Shown here piece after piece: positions 59,440 through 64,000 of a stretch of 64,000 nt of DNA. The notes below the pieces were generated by a model. It had not been told where the DNA came from. It did not search any database and saw only the letters and a list, made by a program, of their open reading frames with translations. The translations under genes and the position numbers were made by a program. The stretch's first letter is position 1, and the number at the start of each line of letters is the position of its first letter. The DNA is from an uncultured Deferribacteres bacterium (lineage in GTDB: Bacteria; Zhuqueibacterota; Zhuqueibacteria; Zhuqueibacterales; Geothermadaptataceae): the NCBI GenBank assembly GCA_964014485.1, contig CAXHAT010000005.1, positions 23,226 to 87,225 on the forward strand, read 5' to 3'.

Positions 59440-61521
59440 ATGATGCAAAGAAAACTTCTTTTGCTGCCTGCCTTGCTTGTCATTTGTGCGGCAAATTCAA
59501 TTTGGGGACAAGTCGTAACGCTTGAGCAAATTATGAGCGCTCCTTTTCCGAGCGGACTTTCGGCGGCGCCGGACAGAGGACTGGTTGCCTGGGTTCAAAA
59601 TGAACATGGCGTTCGTAATATTTGGATCGCGGGGCCTCCAGAGTATTCTGGCCGCCAACTAACGCAATACGCAGAAGACGACGGGCAGGAACTTGGTTCA
59701 ATCACTTGGACGCCGGACGCGGAAACGATCATTTTTGTTCGCGGCGGCGCGCCCAATCGTCGCGGCGAAATCCCGAACCCAACCAGTGACGCCGATGGCG
59801 CGGAAAGAGCTGTCTGGAAAATTTCGGTGGATGGAGGCGAGCCGGAGAAAGTCGGCGTTGGTGCGTCCCCGTTGGTTTCTCCGAAAGGCGACGGCCTCGC
59901 TTACATGAACAGCGGAAAAGTTTTTTGGACGGAATTTGACGACGATAAAAAACCCGAGCAGCTTTTTAAAATACGCGGCGGCGTCCGCTCCCTAAGTTGG
60001 TCTTTCGACGGCTCAAAATTGGCGTTTGTCAGTGCGCGCGGAACGCACAGCTTTATCGCCGTTTTTCATGTTGAGAGCAAAAAATTACAATTCATTGATC
60101 CGAGCGTGGATCGCGACGGCAATCCCGTTTGGTCGCCGGACGGATCGCGGCTGGCGTTTACGCGCATCCCGGCTTATTCGGAGCTGACAATTTTTCGCCC
60201 CGTGCGCGAAATGCCGCCGTGGTCGATTCGAATTGGAGACGTCGCCAGCGGAAAATCAAAAGAAATCTGGCGGGCGGACGAAGGTGCGGGCAGTGCTTTC
60301 AGCGGCGTTGTGGCGCAAAATAATCTGTTTTGGGGCGCTGGCGATCACATTGTTTTTCCGTGGGAAAAGACCGGCTGGAAACTTCTTTATTCGGTTTCGG
60401 CAAACGGCGGGAAAGCCAAGCTTTTAACACCGGGCGCTTTTGAAATTGAGTACGCAGCTTTGGCGCCGGATCGCAAAACCGTCGTTTACAATTCCAACCA
60501 GGACGACATTGACAGGCGCGACATTTGGCGCGTTTCCGTAACCGGAGGGCCGCCGACCGCCGTCACGCAGGGCAATGATATTGAATGGCAACCGCAGATC
60601 ACCAGTGACGGCAAGGCGACCGTATTCTTACGCTCAGGAGCTAAAGAACAGGCGCACCCGGCGATCAAATTCGGCGATCAAGCGCCGCAGAGAATGATCG
60701 CCAAGACGAGCGAATTTCCGGAAGAAAAACTTGTTGAGCCGGAGCAGATCATTTTTGCCGCTGCGGACGGCATGAAAATCTATGGGCAGCTTTTTCTGCC
60801 TGTAAATTTAAAGAAAGGCGAGCGTTATCCGGCGGTGCTGTTTTTCCACGGCGGCTCGCGGCGGCAGATGCTTTTGGGATGGCATTATCGCGGCTATTAC
60901 AACAACGCTTATGCGCTGAATCAGTACCTGGCCAATCGCGGCTACATCGTTTTGTCGGTCAATTATCGCAGCGGCACAGGGTACGGCATGGAATTTCGCG
61001 AGGCGATAAATTATGGCGCGAGCGGCGGCAGCGAATTTAACGACGTGCTTGGCGCGGGTTTGTACATGCGAGGCAGGGAGGACGTTGATCCGGAAAGAAT
61101 CGGCCTGTGGGGCGGTTCCTACGGCGGCTATTTGACGGCGATGGGCTTGTCACGAGCATCAGATTTGTTCGCCGCCGGGGTAGATTTGCACGGCGTGCAT
61201 GACTGGAACAACGGCATTCAAAACTTCATCCCCAGCTACAACGTGCTCGAAATCCCCGAAAAAGCGCGCACCGCTTTTGAAGCATCGCCAATGGCCGCGA
61301 TTGACGACTGGCGCTCGCCAGTGCTCCTGATTCACGGCGACGACGACCGCAATGTCGCCTTCAGCGAAACGGTTTCGCTGGTGGAAGCCTTGCGCAAACG
61401 CAATGTCCATGTCGAAACGCTCATTTTCCCGGACGAAGTACACGGTTTTCTACGACACGAAAACTGGCTGCGCGCTTACAACGCCGCATTTGATTTCTTC
61501 GAGCGGAAGTTGAGAAAATAA
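59440..61521 (+). CDS. S9 prolyl-oligopeptidase family serine peptidase
   Basis: Signal peptide, propeller repeats, GGSYGG, HGDDDRNV, DEVHGF. Confidence 0.95.
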   Translation: MMQRKLLLLPALLVICAANSIWGQVVTLEQIMSAPFPSGLSAAPDRGLVAWVQNEHGVRNIWIAGPPEYSGRQLTQYAEDDGQELGSITWTPDAETIIFVRGGAPNRRGEIPNPTSDADGAERAVWKISVDGGEPEKVGVGASPLVSPKGDGLAYMNSGKVFWTEFDDDKKPEQLFKIRGGVRSLSWSFDGSKLAFVSARGTHSFIAVFHVESKKLQFIDPSVDRDGNPVWSPDGSRLAFTRIPAYSELTIFRPVREMPPWSIRIGDVASGKSKEIWRADEGAGSAFSGVVAQNNLFWGAGDHIVFPWEKTGWKLLYSVSANGGKAKLLTPGAFEIEYAALAPDRKTVVYNSNQDDIDRRDIWRVSVTGGPPTAVTQGNDIEWQPQITSDGKATVFLRSGAKEQAHPAIKFGDQAPQRMIAKTSEFPEEKLVEPEQIIFAAADGMKIYGQLFLPVNLKKGERYPAVLFFHGGSRRQMLLGWHYRGYYNNAYALNQYLANRGYIVLSVNYRSGTGYGMEFREAINYGASGGSEFNDVLGAGLYMRGREDVDPERIGLWGGSYGGYLTAMGLSRASDLFAAGVDLHGVHDWNNGIQNFIPSYNVLEIPEKARTAFEASPMAAIDDWRSPVLLIHGDDDRNVAFSETVSLVEALRKRNVHVETLIFPDEVHGFLRHENWLRAYNAAFDFFERKLRK

Positions 61522-61553
61522 TTACGATTCTTTTTCCAAGCCTTCGATTTATA

Positions 61554-61784
61554 ATGATGAAAGTATACTATGACGATGAAGTAGACGCCGTGTATTTAAA
61601 ATTGAGCAATGAAAAGCCAAACGGCGTTGTTGAAATTTCGGAAGGCGTCAATCTGGATACAACATCGGACGGCAAATTGGCCGGTATAGAAATCCTCAAA
61701 GCGTCAGAAAAGATTGATATTCGTACAATCTTGTCTTATACGCTTGAGTTGAACAAAAGCATTCTGAAACAAGGCGTTTCTTAA
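61554..61784 (+). CDS. DUF2283 protein
   Basis: YYDDEVDAVYLKL...GKLAGIEILKAS. Confidence 0.88.
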   Translation: MMKVYYDDEVDAVYLKLSNEKPNGVVEISEGVNLDTTSDGKLAGIEILKASEKIDIRTILSYTLELNKSILKQGVS

Positions 61785-61803
61785 AATCTGAGTATTCTCT
61801 TTT

Positions 61804-62583
61804 ATGAAAGCGCGACTCAATATAATCTCCGATGCTTTGCTCGACGGTTACAAGCAGAATGTGAGTGAAAGTTTGCAAGAGCGATTCGAAGCCTTGCGGG
61901 ACGCCGAGATTTCGACCGCTGACTTCGACTTCTGCACTTCAGTCGCTGCCGTTTTTTCGAGCAAGATCGAAGGCGAAGAAATTGAGCTTGACAGCTATGT
62001 GAAACACAAGCGTTTCGGGGTGGAATTTCAACCCGACTACACGAAAAAAATCGATGACTTATACAACGCCTTCCTTTTCGCGCAGCAATCGGCGCTGAAC
62101 CGGGAGAATCTGGAAAAGGCTCACGCGATTCTTACCAAAAACATTTTAGCGGAATACCAGCAAGGCGTGCTGCGGAAACAAAACATGTACGTCACCACGC
62201 CAGACGGCAAAATTGAATATGTCGCCGCTTCGCCTTTTGAACTCGAAACGGAAATGCAAAAATTCTATTCGGATTTGGAAACGCTCTTGTCCGCTCCATT
62301 GAATCTCAAAGAAGCGTTCTTTTTCGCCGCTATGCTGCACCTGGTTTTTGTCAAAATCCATCCCTTTAACGACGGCAACGGGCGCACGGCCCGGCTGTTG
62401 GAAAAATGGTTTCTCGCGAAAAAAGCAGGCGATAAAGCCTGGTACGTTCAATCCGAAAAACATGACTACGAACAGCACAAAACTTACTACAACAATTTGA
62501 GAGCATTGGGAGTGGAGTACGAGAAGCTGGATTATAGCGGGGCAATGCCTTTCCTGTTGATGCTTTCACAGTCTTTGGAATGA
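61804..62583 (+). CDS. Fic-domain protein
   Basis: HPFNDGNGRTAR; N-terminal SSKIEG inhibitory-type motif. Confidence 0.93.
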   Translation: MKARLNIISDALLDGYKQNVSESLQERFEALRDAEISTADFDFCTSVAAVFSSKIEGEEIELDSYVKHKRFGVEFQPDYTKKIDDLYNAFLFAQQSALNRENLEKAHAILTKNILAEYQQGVLRKQNMYVTTPDGKIEYVAASPFELETEMQKFYSDLETLLSAPLNLKEAFFFAAMLHLVFVKIHPFNDGNGRTARLLEKWFLAKKAGDKAWYVQSEKHDYEQHKTYYNNLRALGVEYEKLDYSGAMPFLLMLSQSLE

Positions 62584-62670
62584 CTCCCAAAGAATTTTTG
62601 TAGATTTTGAGTAAGATTTGGTGTAAGCTCGAAAAGCAAAAGTTGCGTTTTCAAAAATGAGAAGATCGAG

Positions 62671-62898
62671 ATGGTTTGTGATATTTGTGCAAAACGCGGA
62701 GCAAAAATCCGCAAGATTACCAGAAGCTACAGGAAAGGCGAAAACCTGTTGGTTATCGAAAATATTCCAATAGTGAGCTGTCCAAATTGCGGGGAAAGCT
62801 ATTTGACAGCCGATACTTTGCACAAGATCGAACGCATCAAGCTTCACCGCAAAAGCCTGGCGAAAGAGCGTAACATCCCCGTAGCCGTTTATGCGTGA
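62671..62898 (+). CDS. YgiT-type zinc finger protein
   Basis: CDIC...IENIPIVSCPNCGESY. Confidence 0.88.
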   Translation: MVCDICAKRGAKIRKITRSYRKGENLLVIENIPIVSCPNCGESYLTADTLHKIERIKLHRKSLAKERNIPVAVYA

Positions 62899-63882
62899 AC
62901 AATGGTTTTCGTCGAGAAGCGTCTGTCAGCAAACTCAAATTTTCTTTTAGAACTCGCGGGATCGGTTTAAAAATATTCAAATGCAGGATGCAAAAAATGG
63001 GTGGTCAATCATTAGTAGAAGATTGCTATGGCTTTGTGTGCTTTGTTCCGCTTGACGCAAACACACCAAAAATTTTTGGATTTTCTGAGTTTCTTGCCTC
63101 CCTTGCGTTGATGGTGCTGGCTTGGACGATAGTCGACATCCGTTATCGTTTTAGAATCATGACGGCACCAATCCCGCTCTATAAAGTCACTTTTATGACA
63201 ATGTCGTCGATAGGCGTTTTGACTCTTCTGACTGACTTATGGCGTGCAGAGCAATGGTTAGTGCCTAAAGGAAATCTCATCACACCGGCACAGTGGCAAG
63301 CACTTCTTGGGGGGCTGTTTTTATTGACATTTCTTGCTTGGGCGTGGTTTGCTTTTATCAAGCCCGCCCAATTTGGCAGTTCGAATGCAAAACGCTACTA
63401 CGAAGCACTCAAGCAGATCATCATCAAAGGCTCGCCTTCCGAATTACCAGTAATTGCAGATGAGTTCAAAAAATCAGTAAAGTCTATCATCCGTCACTCA
63501 ATAGAGAGAAATGAATCGACAGGAAAGGACAAGCGAGCCGTCGCTACTCATGCAAACAACGTTTTGCTTCTTATTGCTCATAAAAAATTCTGCCGAACTT
63601 TGGTCGAATCATCTTCCGATACTATACTGGAAATTTTTCAGGAGATTGAGCGGACGAAAAAATACAAGGTTCCGATGAACGCTTTTGCCCAAAACATTGT
63701 AAATGTAGCTCTTGCAAATAAAGACTCTTTCCTGTTCCACGAAGCTGATGAGTATGGTTCTGGACTCATTGGAGCAACAAAGCCTTTAAGCAAGGCAATA
63801 TTTTCAAAATGGTCAAAGGGATTGAAACCCTTTTAGATTTAGATTTCGGAAGCACGAAGAATTGGGACGCAAAACAATGGAA
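62895..63882 (+). pseudogene. Membrane protein gene, probably frameshifted near 63808 and truncated by an IS end
   Basis: ORF with 3 TM segments stops at 63836; another frame continues MVKGIETLLDLDFGSTKNWDAKQW up to the IS-like sequence. Confidence 0.5.
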
Positions 63883-63910
63883 TATAATGGACCCCATAAT
63901 TCGGACAGTT
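63883..63910. mobile_element. IS3-family-like terminal repeat remnant
   Basis: TATAATGGACCCCATAATTCGGACAGTT resembles IS3-family ends (from recall). Confidence 0.45.
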
Positions 63911-63914
63911 CGTT

Positions 63915-64000
63915 TGTCGGGGGGCACTTAAATCCGGCCAGTCGCGGGCACTTTAAAAGCGGCCATTTTCAGAATTTAATTTGCACATATTCATACTTTT
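63915..64000. mobile_element. IS21-family-like end (element continues beyond window)
   Basis: Starts TGTC; tandem GGGCACTT(T)AAA..CGGCCA repeats at 63922-63940 and 63946-63965. Confidence 0.65.

Noticed and set aside
61521..63836. Integron cassette array
   Set aside because: No attC-like RYYYAAC...GTTRRRY structures or integrase recognised
1..64000. Many antisense or alternative-frame ORFs of 60-270 aa; tRNA and rRNA genes
   Set aside because: The ORFs overlap well-supported genes and lack motifs; no RNA-gene pattern was recognised by eye, and no covariance search was run

Overview
Bacterial chromosomal window. The gene content (SusC/SusD, MacB-type permease, sigma54 two-component system, many lipoproteins) suggests an FCB-group organism such as KSB1 or Calditrichota, but this is inference. 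Left end: hicB-hicA start and a RelE/XRE toxin-antitoxin pair bracketed by a 162-bp, mostly synonymously diverged copy of the 3' end of an ABC permease gene. Next come a serine hydrolase, a dinD pseudogene, and a sigma54 two-component operon with envelope genes. Centre (16.4-39.0 kb): a same-strand locus headed by susC/susD with a sigma54-like promoter and an NtrC-type site. It encodes a 7-heme cytochrome c, four FG-GAP/ASPIC-UnbV (CRTAC1-like) beta-propellers, two TPR proteins, an FKBP and a 59-aa lipopeptide, nearly all predicted lipoproteins, with no recognisable CAZyme. Right half: nth, msrB, a GH133-like glucosidase, a regulator-uppS-MpaB-like oxygenase cluster with a duplicated operator, a kinase/pseudokinase pair, moxR, peptidases, orphan TA parts, and IS ends at the edge. 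Intergenic DNA holds nested repeats: REP-like palindromic doublets wrapped in four different short terminal inverted repeats, each with its own target-site duplication. No rRNA, tRNA or CRISPR array was seen. All calls come from reading the sequence and motifs; no searches were run.
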